From the NCBI RefSeq assembly GCF_002310835.1, contig NZ_CP011041.1, forward strand, positions 2,670,001 through 2,702,000: a stretch of DNA of 32,000 nucleotides, read 5' to 3'. Both the position numbers and the translations under genes were made by a program. A model generated the notes under the pieces. That model had not been told where the DNA came from. It made no database searches and saw only the letters and a list, made by a program, of their open reading frames with translations. Positions 15,290 to 24,539 of the stretch are shown here, piece after piece (positions within the stretch are counted from its first letter, which is position 1; every line of letters starts with the position of its first letter). Origin of the DNA: Pseudoalteromonas tetraodonis (GTDB lineage: Bacteria; Pseudomonadota; Gammaproteobacteria; Enterobacterales; Alteromonadaceae).

Positions 15290-15946
15290 ATGTTTCAATA
15301 CCATTTTTCCAGTTACCTTGTTGATCAACTGCTGACGTTTGCCGGCAGTAGTTTTCAGCAATCAAAAAAAGAAATATTAATACAGCAAGACCAACCGTTA
15401 ACTAAGTTGGTATTAGTGCGAAGTGGAACTGTATCGTTTAGTTACGATGTAGGTAATGGCAGGCGCCTGCTTCTTGGCCAACTCGACTGTAACAATACCC
15501 TAATTGGCGAAATTGAAGCACTTAATAATAACCCCTGCATTTACACGGTAACCTGCTTTAGTGATGTCACGTATAACTTGATTGAATTAAAACATTGGCG
15601 CGCATTATTGCTCGATAAACCCGAGCTAAGCTTATATACGGCGCAAACGATTGCGGCTAAGTTTCAAGAAAATCAAAAAATTAATTTAGATAAGCTGTTA
15701 CTGCCGTTGAGCTACAATATTGCCAAAGACTGCTTATTACGTGCAGAGAATAACAATCCCACTTTATTACGTGCTTACCCTACGGTAAATGCAGAAGCTG
15801 AGCGCTTTGCAACCACTGAGCGTGCATACAGGCGTGTAGTGAGTGAGTTAGTAGAGAAAAACTTAGTGCAAAGAAGCACACAAGGACTACAAGCTGTCGA
15901 TATTCCTAAATTAAGTGACTATGTAGATAGCTTTGCACAGCTTTAA
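15290..15946 (+). CDS. Crp/Fnr-family transcriptional regulator (cNMP-binding-like domain plus C-terminal HTH)
   Basis: A beta-roll-like segment (LVLVRSGTVSFSYDVGNGRRLLLGQL...LIGEIEAL) and a C-terminal HTH-like ERFATTERAYRRVVSELVEKNLV. The ATG at 15290 is chosen over the TTG at 15287. Confidence 0.7.
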   Translation: MFQYHFSSYLVDQLLTFAGSSFQQSKKEILIQQDQPLTKLVLVRSGTVSFSYDVGNGRRLLLGQLDCNNTLIGEIEALNNNPCIYTVTCFSDVTYNLIELKHWRALLLDKPELSLYTAQTIAAKFQENQKINLDKLLLPLSYNIAKDCLLRAENNNPTLLRAYPTVNAEAERFATTERAYRRVVSELVEKNLVQRSTQGLQAVDIPKLSDYVDSFAQL

Positions 15947-15953
15947 AGACAAT

Positions 15954-15978
15954 AAAAAAGGCCATTAAGGCCTTTTTT
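15954..15978. terminator. Bidirectional terminator hairpin
   Basis: AAAAAAGGCC / ATTAA / GGCCTTTTTT between convergent genes. Confidence 0.7.
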
Positions 15979-15995
15979 ATTGATCAAAATCACAT

Positions 15996-16562
15996 TTACT
16001 TTTCAAGTAAAATATCGTGGATTTTAGCTAAATCAGATTTACCTTCAATAATTTCATCCGGCGTTAAACCTGATAATTCATGCGGGAATACTAACCATTC
16101 TTCAGATTCATGAATGTAGTAATCAGGCACTGTATCAACTTTTGAATTTTTTGGCTTGTAGTATGGACAAGCAATACGAATATCACGTGGTAAGTTTAAA
16201 CGCATTAGCTCAGAGAGCTTCTCTTTTAACGCTACAATACTACGACCTGAGTCAAAAACATCGTCAACAATCAGTAAAGAGTCACCTGCATTTGCGTTTT
16301 CAACTATGTAGTGTAAACCATGTACTTTGATTTCTTTTGATTGCTTACCAATACCGTAATAAGACGAGGTACGAACCGCAATGTGATCCGTTTCTATGCC
16401 TTTGTAATCATAATATTCCTGAACCGCAATCCCAATTGGAGCACCACCGCGCCATATACCAATAATAAAATCTGGACGAAAGCCATCTTTATACACTTGT
16501 GCCGCTACGCGGAATGAATCTTCAAGTAATTGTTGAGCCGTGATATAGCACTTTTCTGACAT
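15996..16562 (-). CDS. Purine-type phosphoribosyltransferase family protein (HPRT/XGPRT-like)
   Basis: Trimmed to the ATG at 16562 (MSEKCYITAQQLL...). PRPP-binding motif: LLIVDDVFDSGRS. WRGGAPIGIAVQEY is also present. Confidence 0.8.
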   Translation of the reverse strand: MSEKCYITAQQLLEDSFRVAAQVYKDGFRPDFIIGIWRGGAPIGIAVQEYYDYKGIETDHIAVRTSSYYGIGKQSKEIKVHGLHYIVENANAGDSLLIVDDVFDSGRSIVALKEKLSELMRLNLPRDIRIACPYYKPKNSKVDTVPDYYIHESEEWLVFPHELSGLTPDEIIEGKSDLAKIHDILLEK

Positions 16563-16681
16563 AGTAAGGATCCCAGTGGTATGTATAATATTTGAGCGAG
16601 GTTTAAATAAAAATAGATGCCCAAACACGTAATGGCGAAGGATTTTACCGTAAATAAAACAAAATTGCTTGTTTGGCGGAT

Positions 16682-16714
16682 AAAAAAATAGGCACCCTAA
16701 GGTACCTATTTTTT
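16682..16714 (-). terminator. Rho-independent terminator after pepB
   Basis: A 14-bp stem (AAAAAATAGGCACC / GGTACCTATTTTTT) with one mismatch and a 4-nt loop, followed by a U-run on the minus-strand transcript. Confidence 0.6.
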
Positions 16715-16737
16715 AACTAATGCGTAATCTCAGTAGA

Positions 16738-18036
16738 TTATGCCTTTTCAAGTAGGGTACGTGCTACGGTGCGCATACCTTGTGTAGTTGCACCTGAAGC
16801 CCATTGACTTGTGCTACCACCCATATTAAATGCAGCAGCTAAATCGATGTGTACCCAGCCTTTGCCATCGTTTGGCACAAAGCGAGATAAGAAACCAGCG
16901 GCGTTAGATGCACCACCGAAACCACCGCCTTTTTGGGCGCGGCTATTTGCTGTATCCGCATACGGCGATGGGCAGTTTTGTTGATGCCACTTTTCAAGTG
17001 GTAATGGCCATGCGGCTTCCATTTCTTGTGACGCAAAGTCTTCCACTTCACGCACTAGCTCTTTATCAAGGGCAAACAATGCGTTGTACTCTTGACCAAC
17101 AGCAACAAGGGCGGCACCAGTAAGGGTTGCCGCATCAATAATAAGTGGAGCGCCTGTCTCGCCTGCGGCCATTAAGCCATCAGCCAATACTAAACGCCCT
17201 TCAGCATCGGTATTTACAATTTCAACGGTTATGCCATTTTTGTAAGTAAGAATGTCACCTAGTTTGTATGCATTACCCGAAATTAAGTTCTCTGCACAAC
17301 ATAAAAACAACTTAATACGCTTTTCTACGCCACGGCTAATTGCCAGTGCCAAACCTGCGGTTACCGTTGCTGCACCACCCATGTCGCACTTCATACCCAA
17401 CATACCTTCGCTTGGTTTAATTGAGTAACCACCTGAGTCAAACGTAATACCTTTACCAACAAGTGCTGCGCTTACCGGTGCGTTCTCATCGCCAGTTGGG
17501 TTGTAATCAAGCTCAAGTAATACTGGCGGACGCTCACTACCACGACCAACGGCATGAATACCAATCCACTGCTGTTCTAATAGCGCATCGCCTTTTATGA
17601 TTTGATAGCTAACATGCTCTGGTGCAAGTGATTGAATAAATTCAGCGGCTTTTTCAGCTAAGCTTTCTGGGTAAATGTCATCGGCGGTACCATTGATCAT
17701 TTCGCGCGCCCACGTTGCCGATGCTTTTAAATCAGCGAGTTCTTTAAGATCAGATTGTGCGTTATCAACAAACTCAACACCGTTTAGTACTTTTGGTGAT
17801 ACAAAGCCTTGGTAAAAAGCCCATTGGCTCTCTGTGCACCATACATCACCTTCAAGAACAACATTTTTAATGCCTTGATTTGCAATTGTACGACCCGCTT
17901 TTTGCACATTTTTTAATGTTTCTTGCTCAGATAAATGAACCGTTGCGCCGTGTTCGTTAAAAGATAATGACGCACTTTCGCCCCAATGCCCTGGTGCCAA
18001 CTGCTCGCTTAATTGAACAACAAATTTTTCACTCAT
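16738..18036 (-). CDS. pepB: Aminopeptidase B (M17 family)
   Basis: Collinear with remembered E. coli PepB: GRGSERPPVLLELDYNPTGD, LVGKGITFDSGGYSIKP, KCDMGGAATVTA, KLFLCCAENLISGNAYKLGDI and NTDAEGRLVLADG. The ATG at 18036 (MSEKFVV) follows an AAGGA SD. Confidence 0.92.
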   Translation of the reverse strand: MSEKFVVQLSEQLAPGHWGESASLSFNEHGATVHLSEQETLKNVQKAGRTIANQGIKNVVLEGDVWCTESQWAFYQGFVSPKVLNGVEFVDNAQSDLKELADLKASATWAREMINGTADDIYPESLAEKAAEFIQSLAPEHVSYQIIKGDALLEQQWIGIHAVGRGSERPPVLLELDYNPTGDENAPVSAALVGKGITFDSGGYSIKPSEGMLGMKCDMGGAATVTAGLALAISRGVEKRIKLFLCCAENLISGNAYKLGDILTYKNGITVEIVNTDAEGRLVLADGLMAAGETGAPLIIDAATLTGAALVAVGQEYNALFALDKELVREVEDFASQEMEAAWPLPLEKWHQQNCPSPYADTANSRAQKGGGFGGASNAAGFLSRFVPNDGKGWVHIDLAAAFNMGGSTSQWASGATTQGMRTVARTLLEKA

Positions 18037-18305
18037 GTTAGAATATCCTTGCACTTAAATGTGCGGTTGAGTTTACTATAGAGCGCTTAAGTTCCCAACT
18101 GCTTGAGGTGAATAACCTCAACCGGCCTGTAAACCTCAATTTTACTTACCCTAAACTCGGGTTAATAAGTTTGCTAACATATTGAGCTATAAAAATATTT
18201 AAGTTTATTATCTCTAGAAAAAATGAACTCAACGCAGTTAGCGCTAAAACAACTACTTGAAATAAACTTATTATCCAGTGCTCAGGTTACATAAGGAAGT
18301 CATAA

Positions 18306-19025
18306 ATGAAGTACACCCCGCCATTACAATCTGCCACTTTATTAAAGCGTTACAAACGCTTTTTAGCTGATTTAGAGCTCAGTGATGGCACTACTTTTAC
18401 CGCTCACTGTGCTAATACGGGTAAGATGACGGGCTGTGCCGATGTCGGTTTTACTGCCTTTTATTCCACCAGCAGTAATACCAAGCGAAAGTACCCGCAG
18501 TCATTAGAGCTGACGCAAAATAATGTATCACAGCTTATTTGTGTAAATACCGCTATCGCCAATAAAGTGGTCGAAGAAGCACTTAATAATGAGGTTATTG
18601 ATGAGCTTACAGGCTATCAACACATACAAAGTGAAGTGAAGTATGGCAGTGAAAACAGCCGCATCGACTTTTTACTTACCCACAGCAGCAAAGCCAATTG
18701 CTATGTTGAAGTTAAATCAGTCACGCTGCTGAGCGAAGATCGTCCACAAAGTGGTCAAGGCTACTTCCCTGACGCCCAAACTGTTCGTGGGCAAAAGCAT
18801 ATTCGTGAATTAATCGACATGGTAAAACAAGGGCATCGAGCGGTATTACTATTTGCAGTGCTGCACCAAGGCATCACACAAGTCAGTGCTGCGGTGCATA
18901 TTGACCCAACCTATGCAGAATTGCTTAGCGAGGCCATTGAGCAAGGCGTAGAAGTATTAGCTTATAAAGCACACATTTCAGCGAGTGAAGTTACTTTAAT
19001 TGAAAAAGTGCCGTTTATTGACTAG
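18306..19025 (+). CDS. sfsA: Sugar fermentation stimulation protein A (SfsA family)
   Basis: Typical SfsA N-terminus [19 protein letters not shown]...[12 protein letters not shown], plus [32 protein letters not shown]. Confidence 0.9.
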   Translation: MKYTPPLQSATLLKRYKRFLADLELSDGTTFTAHCANTGKMTGCADVGFTAFYSTSSNTKRKYPQSLELTQNNVSQLICVNTAIANKVVEEALNNEVIDELTGYQHIQSEVKYGSENSRIDFLLTHSSKANCYVEVKSVTLLSEDRPQSGQGYFPDAQTVRGQKHIRELIDMVKQGHRAVLLFAVLHQGITQVSAAVHIDPTYAELLSEAIEQGVEVLAYKAHISASEVTLIEKVPFID

Positions 19026-19032
19026 GTAAATA

Positions 19033-19058
19033 GAGCGCCAGCATTCGTACTGGCGCTC
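19033..19058. terminator. Hairpin between convergent sfsA and the acylase gene
   Basis: GAGCGCCAG / CATTCGTA / CTGGCGCTC gives a 9-bp GC-rich stem. The flanking T-runs are weak. Confidence 0.45.
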
Positions 19059-19067
19059 AAAGTGTGC

Positions 19068-21617
19068 TTACTCTTTACTCATTGATAAATCCATTTCATT
19101 AATTAAATTTAGATTAATATCTGCATCTTTAAATAAGATGGGTCTTAATACTGGCGTATTTGAGTAAAAACGCGATTGCTCATCAAAATGTTCTGAGCTT
19201 GAATCTGAACTCTGCGACATAGTCAGTAATCCTTTTGCCACAGGACCATCATCGGTAAAGTTCATCACAAACATCCAGCTCGATCCGTAATTAACAGGGT
19301 AACCACTGGCTGTTAAATTTGACGCTAACGGTTTACCTGTTATCGCATCATCCAATGTTTGATGATCGATATATGGGATCACCGTAGAAAATGAACGACT
19401 GCTACTGCGATCAAAACGATACACATTAAAGCCTCCTTCCACACTCATTGGCCCACTCCAAGGAAGTTTCTCGCCTGAAGCAATGCCGCCTGCTAGCGTT
19501 TTTTCAACAAATTGCAGCTCACCTAAAGTACTGTTTAATGCCACGCCATTGCTTTGTAAATTAAGCACTGCATGCGCTAAAGCCGTTAACGCAGAGCCAT
19601 CGGCAAGTAAGGTATTTGGCGTATTTGCAGGGTTGGTCACATCAAAATTATCATATAAGTATTCATCACCATTAAATAAGTGAGCAAACTCTCTGATTAA
19701 CGCAGCGCCTTGTGTATCAAGGTTCATAGCGCCATTCCAGCCCTCTAACACGGCGCAGGCAGCTGTTAGGTCAATACTTGTTCCATTAGTTAGGGTAACC
19801 GGTGTTGCGCCACGCGCTTTACACTGGGCAACTAAATCATCAAATACTAATTCACCTAAATAGATACGATTGCCTACTAGCGCATTTTCAAGTTCAGCCA
19901 AATCAAACTTACTGTCTTCACCGCCTCCCTCTTTTATGAGCTTCAAACCCATACGGGTACGCAATGATAATGGCTGATGAACATCGCCATATTGCGCAGC
20001 AAAGCCCACAAGAGGTTGTTCAAGATTAGTAACCCAATAGCTGTCATTTGAGTTTTGTACGTAGTCAGTGCGACTTAGTTGGGGAGCTTGTTCAAAAGGC
20101 ACAACGCCTTGCGGCTCAAATAACTTTAAGTTACCAGGTACTAAATCAAAGCCCGTCGACTCTCTAAGTGCAACCAATTCAGGTTGCAAACGAATTGCCA
20201 TATTTGCGGTATCACCCAGTTTCAAAACGGTGCTGTCATCAACAAAAAAGACATTACCTTCTTTATCGCTGGCCATGGTGTTATTAAATGAAACGCCATC
20301 GTATTTAGCAAACGAGGCCTTCATCTCTTCTAAGCTGGTTGCTTGATTAATAGCTGACCACTGAGCAACCACATCCATATTAAACTCATTGGCATCTTTG
20401 ATGGTAAATGCTTGGCTGTCGTTCCACCCTAAACCATTTGCGGCAGGTGTTTCAATCATTAAACCATGGTGGCTATAGTAAAACGGTTTGCTAAGTGTAA
20501 TTGTGGTCCCTGGTGCCACAGTTACCTCAACGTTAATTGTTTTTGAAGTAATTTCATAATTATCACCTTCAACGCTGTAACCCATGCGATCATTTTCATT
20601 TAGTGCTAGCTGATAAATTAAAAAATGACGTGCTGTAGAAAAAGTATGGGTCCAAGCTATGTGCTCATTAAAACCAATATTGATCACTCCTGGCATCCCT
20701 TGCAAACTGCCCCCCATTACATTCATAGCGTTGGGAATGGTTAGGTGTGATTGCCAAAAGCGTAAATTGCCCTCGTGAGGAAAATGAGGATTTGCTAATA
20801 GACCACCTTTACCATTGGCCATCATATCTTTACCAAGCCCCCAACCATTTGACCCTAAGTGATCAAATTTTTTCTCTAGCTTAAATTGCTTTGCTCGCTG
20901 ATTAATATTGCCTACCATTGAAGACACAGCACTTGGCTGCTCTGACGTAGGCATTGGCAGATACTCATTCGCATCACCCGGGTTTGCTAAAAAAGCGAGC
21001 TCTAAAAAGTTAGCCGAGCTGGCTAGCTGCACTGTAGCCATAGAGTACGCCAACATATCTTGTGCTGTTAAACTGGTAACCCAAGGTGCAGAGGCACACT
21101 CCGGCGCTAAATTATCAACCCCCGTATCAGTAACGTATTTATTAAAGCCTTGCACAAACCCTTCAAAGTGCGCTCGGCTGTTCTCTTCTAATTGATCATA
21201 ATTGGCTTGAGCATATTCATTCACACCCAAGGCTTTATAACCAAAGTCAGAAATTAAATGCGTTGAGTCGCCACTGCCTGGTACTTTATCTGGACCATAG
21301 TATTTCGAGCGTTCACCGCGCACTTTAATAATTTGATCCATCAATAGACACGCATGATCTTTAGCATAAGCATAACCACTACCAAACGCTAAGCTCTCTA
21401 AGTTATCAGCAGTGATATGCGGCACACCGAAGGTAGTCCAACGGATATTCGCATCAAGTTTATTATCGTCATCAAATGCAATTATTGGCGCGCTCGTCTC
21501 TGGAACGGGATCAGGCACCACGACAATTGGTGGTGCAACGTTATTGTCATTGTCTTCGCTACAACCAATTAAAAGTAGGCTACTGGCGATACAAAGTGAG
21601 AGTAAATGGGGCTTCAT
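19068..21617 (-). CDS. Penicillin-amidase (S45, Ntn-hydrolase) family lipoprotein; candidate acyl-homoserine-lactone acylase
   Basis: The ATG at 21617 (MKPHLLSLCIASSLLLIGC, lipobox) follows an AAGGAA SD. The internal HLG-SNGWGLG matches the autoproteolytic Gly-Ser-Asn junction that creates the beta-subunit Ser nucleophile. LLANPHFPHEG follows. Its size of about 850 aa is typical of AHL acylases. Confidence 0.75.
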   Translation of the reverse strand: MKPHLLSLCIASSLLLIGCSEDNDNNVAPPIVVVPDPVPETSAPIIAFDDDNKLDANIRWTTFGVPHITADNLESLAFGSGYAYAKDHACLLMDQIIKVRGERSKYYGPDKVPGSGDSTHLISDFGYKALGVNEYAQANYDQLEENSRAHFEGFVQGFNKYVTDTGVDNLAPECASAPWVTSLTAQDMLAYSMATVQLASSANFLELAFLANPGDANEYLPMPTSEQPSAVSSMVGNINQRAKQFKLEKKFDHLGSNGWGLGKDMMANGKGGLLANPHFPHEGNLRFWQSHLTIPNAMNVMGGSLQGMPGVINIGFNEHIAWTHTFSTARHFLIYQLALNENDRMGYSVEGDNYEITSKTINVEVTVAPGTTITLSKPFYYSHHGLMIETPAANGLGWNDSQAFTIKDANEFNMDVVAQWSAINQATSLEEMKASFAKYDGVSFNNTMASDKEGNVFFVDDSTVLKLGDTANMAIRLQPELVALRESTGFDLVPGNLKLFEPQGVVPFEQAPQLSRTDYVQNSNDSYWVTNLEQPLVGFAAQYGDVHQPLSLRTRMGLKLIKEGGGEDSKFDLAELENALVGNRIYLGELVFDDLVAQCKARGATPVTLTNGTSIDLTAACAVLEGWNGAMNLDTQGAALIREFAHLFNGDEYLYDNFDVTNPANTPNTLLADGSALTALAHAVLNLQSNGVALNSTLGELQFVEKTLAGGIASGEKLPWSGPMSVEGGFNVYRFDRSSSRSFSTVIPYIDHQTLDDAITGKPLASNLTASGYPVNYGSSWMFVMNFTDDGPVAKGLLTMSQSSDSSSEHFDEQSRFYSNTPVLRPILFKDADINLNLINEMDLSMSKE

Positions 21618-21761
21618 TGTGGTGTTCCTTGTCATTATTATTGTTTAACTTTACAACCATGCCGTAAATACTTATTAAAATCTTGACCTCAAACGCACAA
21701 AATTGACTTTGCGCGCCAGTTAGGGCAGCTTAAACTTTAACCGTCTAGAAAAGGATATTTT

Positions 21762-22745
21762 ATGTATTTTGTAAGTAGCCAAATTATTCGTTCTTTAACT
21801 AGTTACTTAGCTTCTCAAGGTCTGAATAAAGAACACTTACTTAATAATATTACTCAAGGAGGGCAGCAACTTAATAACAGTCGCTATAAATACCCGCTTG
21901 CTGATTACGAACAGCTCATGGCCATTGGCGCAAAACACTTAAATAGGAACACAGTAGGATTAGAGTTTGGTCAAGCGCTTAATGCGCAAAACTGGGGATT
22001 ACTTGGGCATATTGCTTTAGTGAGTGACTCTTTATTAAGCGCATTACAACATGCTTTAAAGCTGCATACCTTAGTTAGAAACATTGGCACTATTAGCCTA
22101 CATCATCACCCACAACACAGCAGCCTAGAATGGCACCCCAAAACACCAGTCACACACTTCATGGCAGATGAGCTTTTTAGTAGCTGGCTTGCTTTTGCTC
22201 AACAATGTTGTGAATGGCAAGCCCCGTTGATGCTCAGCCAAATAAAATTAATGCGCCCACAACCGCCCATCAATGAAGTTAAACAGTATCAAAGTGTATT
22301 TAACTGTCCTATTGAGTTTAATAGCACAACAAATAGCATGATCTTTGATAGCCAATTACTACACTGCCCACTAAAAGGCGCTAATAACGAGCTAGAAACT
22401 TTATTAGCCGCACAGGCTATTAACTACAACCACGAAGCTCAGTATATTAGTCAGCTCAAAGCGCTAATAACACAACACCTGCCAGAGCGTTTAAGTGTTC
22501 AGCAAGCTGCTCAGGCATTAGCGCTATCAACTCGCAGCCTACAGCGTTACTTAAAACAACAACACACCAGCTACAGCAAAATTATTGACGAAATATGCAA
22601 ACAACAAGCCCTTATATTACTAAAACAAGGACTCAGTTCGTTAAACATTGCCACTGCGCTGGGCTTTTCTGAACAAAGCGCTTTTCAGCGTGCTTTTAAA
22701 CGCTGGTATTGTATTACGCCTAAAAAATACTTAACCGAAAAGTAA
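21762..22745 (+). CDS. AraC-family transcriptional regulator (N-terminal ligand-binding-type domain plus two HTH units)
   Basis: C-terminal AraC signature: SVQQAAQALALSTRSLQRYLKQQHTSYSKIID...ALGFSEQSAFQRAFKRWYCITPKKY. Confidence 0.85.
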   Translation: MYFVSSQIIRSLTSYLASQGLNKEHLLNNITQGGQQLNNSRYKYPLADYEQLMAIGAKHLNRNTVGLEFGQALNAQNWGLLGHIALVSDSLLSALQHALKLHTLVRNIGTISLHHHPQHSSLEWHPKTPVTHFMADELFSSWLAFAQQCCEWQAPLMLSQIKLMRPQPPINEVKQYQSVFNCPIEFNSTTNSMIFDSQLLHCPLKGANNELETLLAAQAINYNHEAQYISQLKALITQHLPERLSVQQAAQALALSTRSLQRYLKQQHTSYSKIIDEICKQQALILLKQGLSSLNIATALGFSEQSAFQRAFKRWYCITPKKYLTEK

Positions 22746-22967
22746 AAGATGAGTTGTTTTTATTATTTTTGCCCACATAACAACGCCAGTTTATAAACCG
22801 ATACTGTAATAAAAAAGTATAAACACTGCTTTTGCTACTTTTATATGGGTAAACAGGGTTGAAGCTAATTCGATTATTTAAAAATAAATTTGCCTAGGGT
22901 ATGAGTTTCTGTTATTTATACCGCCGGCTAATGCTGAGGCATTAAATTAAGGATTTAGGAGAGAGTT

Positions 22968-23411
22968 ATGCCAGACCAAAAAAGACATGGTTTATTGGCT
23001 CAAGCCGGTTTAGAACCATACCAAGAAAAACCGGGTGAAGAGTACATGAATGAAGCACAACGTGCTCATTTTAAAACAATTTTAGAAACTTGGCGTAATG
23101 ATTTACGGAACGAAGTTGATCGTACTAAGTCACACATGCAAGACGAAGCAGCTAACTTTCCTGATCCCGTTGACCGCGCAGCACAAGAAGAAGAGTTCTC
23201 ATTAGAGCTTCGTACTCGTGACCGCGAACGCAAATTAATTAAGAAAATTGAAAAAACAATCAACTTAATTAAAGAAGACGAGTTTGGTTTTTGTGAGTCT
23301 TGTGGCATTGAAATTGGCATTCGTCGTTTAGAAGCACGTCCTACTGCTGATTTATGCGTAGACTGTAAAACACTTGCCGAAATTAAAGAAAAACAAGCTG
23401 GACGCGGCTAA
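22968..23411 (+). CDS. dksA: RNA polymerase-binding transcription factor DksA
   Basis: Almost identical to remembered E. coli DksA: [46 protein letters not shown], and the zinc finger [26 protein letters not shown]. Confidence 0.97.
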   Translation: MPDQKRHGLLAQAGLEPYQEKPGEEYMNEAQRAHFKTILETWRNDLRNEVDRTKSHMQDEAANFPDPVDRAAQEEEFSLELRTRDRERKLIKKIEKTINLIKEDEFGFCESCGIEIGIRRLEARPTADLCVDCKTLAEIKEKQAGRG

Positions 23412-23424
23412 TTAAGTTATAGCC

Positions 23425-24321
23425 ATGTCTTCTACAGCCGTTACCGCGCAAGTATCTGACTATCGCGGCCGATTTGCACCGTCTCCTTCGGGGCCGTTAC
23501 ATTTTGGCTCACTTGTGGCGGCTGTAGGTAGCTACCTAGATGCAAAAGTTAACCAAGGGAAATGGTTAGTACGCATTGAAGATATAGACACCACTCGCGT
23601 TGTTAAAGGCGCAGCCACCGATATCCTAAATACCTTAGACGCCTACAGCCTTAATTGGGATGAAAACGTTGTGTATCAAACACAGCGTCTTACTATTTAT
23701 CAAGATGCAGTAAACTCACTGTCAAAACAACAGCTTATTTATGCCTGCCAATGCTCTCGTAAGCAAATAAAAGCGCTAGGTGGAATTTATCAAGGGCAAT
23801 GTAAACATAGCCAACTCAGTGAACAGGGTCATGCCCTTCGCTTAACTCAATGCCATGCAACTGTGACTTATAACGACCTTATTCAGGGGCGTATTGACGT
23901 TGACCCTGCTCTGGCCCATGAAGATTACATTATAAAACGTAGCGACGGTTTATTTGCCTATCAACTGGTGGTGGTTATTGATGACATTGAGCAAGGGATC
24001 AATCGAATTGTACGAGGCGCTGATCTACTTGAACCTACCGCCCGTCAAATAAGTCTGTTTAAGCAACTTAATAACCCTATTCCAGAATTTGCTCATTTAC
24101 CTTTAGCGGTAGCAAAACCTGGATTTAAACTCTCTAAACAAAATTACGCCCCCGCTATTTGCAAACAAAATCCCAAACCGACTTTGATAGCGGTATTTAA
24201 CTTTTTAGGTTTGCCAACCCACGACCAACTTATGGATTTAACCACAGAGCAATTACTTGCTTGGGGCGTGGCACATTTTAACTTAAGCCGCGTTCCCACT
24301 ACGCGTGAAATACAGATTTAA
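23425..24321 (+). CDS. gluQ: Glutamyl-Q tRNA(Asp) synthetase
   Basis: GRFAPSPSGPLHFGSLVAA, RIEDID, AYQLVVVIDD and IVRGADL. The position between dksA and pcnB is the same as in E. coli. Confidence 0.9.
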   Translation: MSSTAVTAQVSDYRGRFAPSPSGPLHFGSLVAAVGSYLDAKVNQGKWLVRIEDIDTTRVVKGAATDILNTLDAYSLNWDENVVYQTQRLTIYQDAVNSLSKQQLIYACQCSRKQIKALGGIYQGQCKHSQLSEQGHALRLTQCHATVTYNDLIQGRIDVDPALAHEDYIIKRSDGLFAYQLVVVIDDIEQGINRIVRGADLLEPTARQISLFKQLNNPIPEFAHLPLAVAKPGFKLSKQNYAPAICKQNPKPTLIAVFNFLGLPTHDQLMDLTTEQLLAWGVAHFNLSRVPTTREIQI

Positions 24322-24539
24322 CGCTCTTTCGCGGATTGGGTATAACAAATTCAAATAAAATCGTTAAAAATGGCTTAATTTCAGCACTGAAACTTAATTT
24401 TTCCACCTTGCTGGTATATGATAGCCGCCTAAATATATGCTAATTACATAAAACAGTAAGTACAGCTCTATGAGAAGGTACTTGTTGTCATTTTGATTGC
24501 AATGGCGAGTCAATCAACCGCTTCTCTAGGAGACAGACT

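Noticed and set aside
18055-18305. pepB/sfsA divergent region: a hairpin TTGAGG-N7-CCTCAA and a 23-codon ORF (MNSTQLALKQLLEINLLSSAQVT)
   Set aside because: The stems are short (6-8 bp), have no T-tract and sit in a promoter region. The mini-ORF has no SD. This is insufficient evidence for an RNA or peptide gene.
19483-21667. Several 60-95-aa plus-strand ORFs (19483, 20068, 20908, 21412, 21476)
   Set aside because: All are antisense shadow ORFs within the 849-aa acylase gene or its start region. None has an SD or a domain-like sequence.
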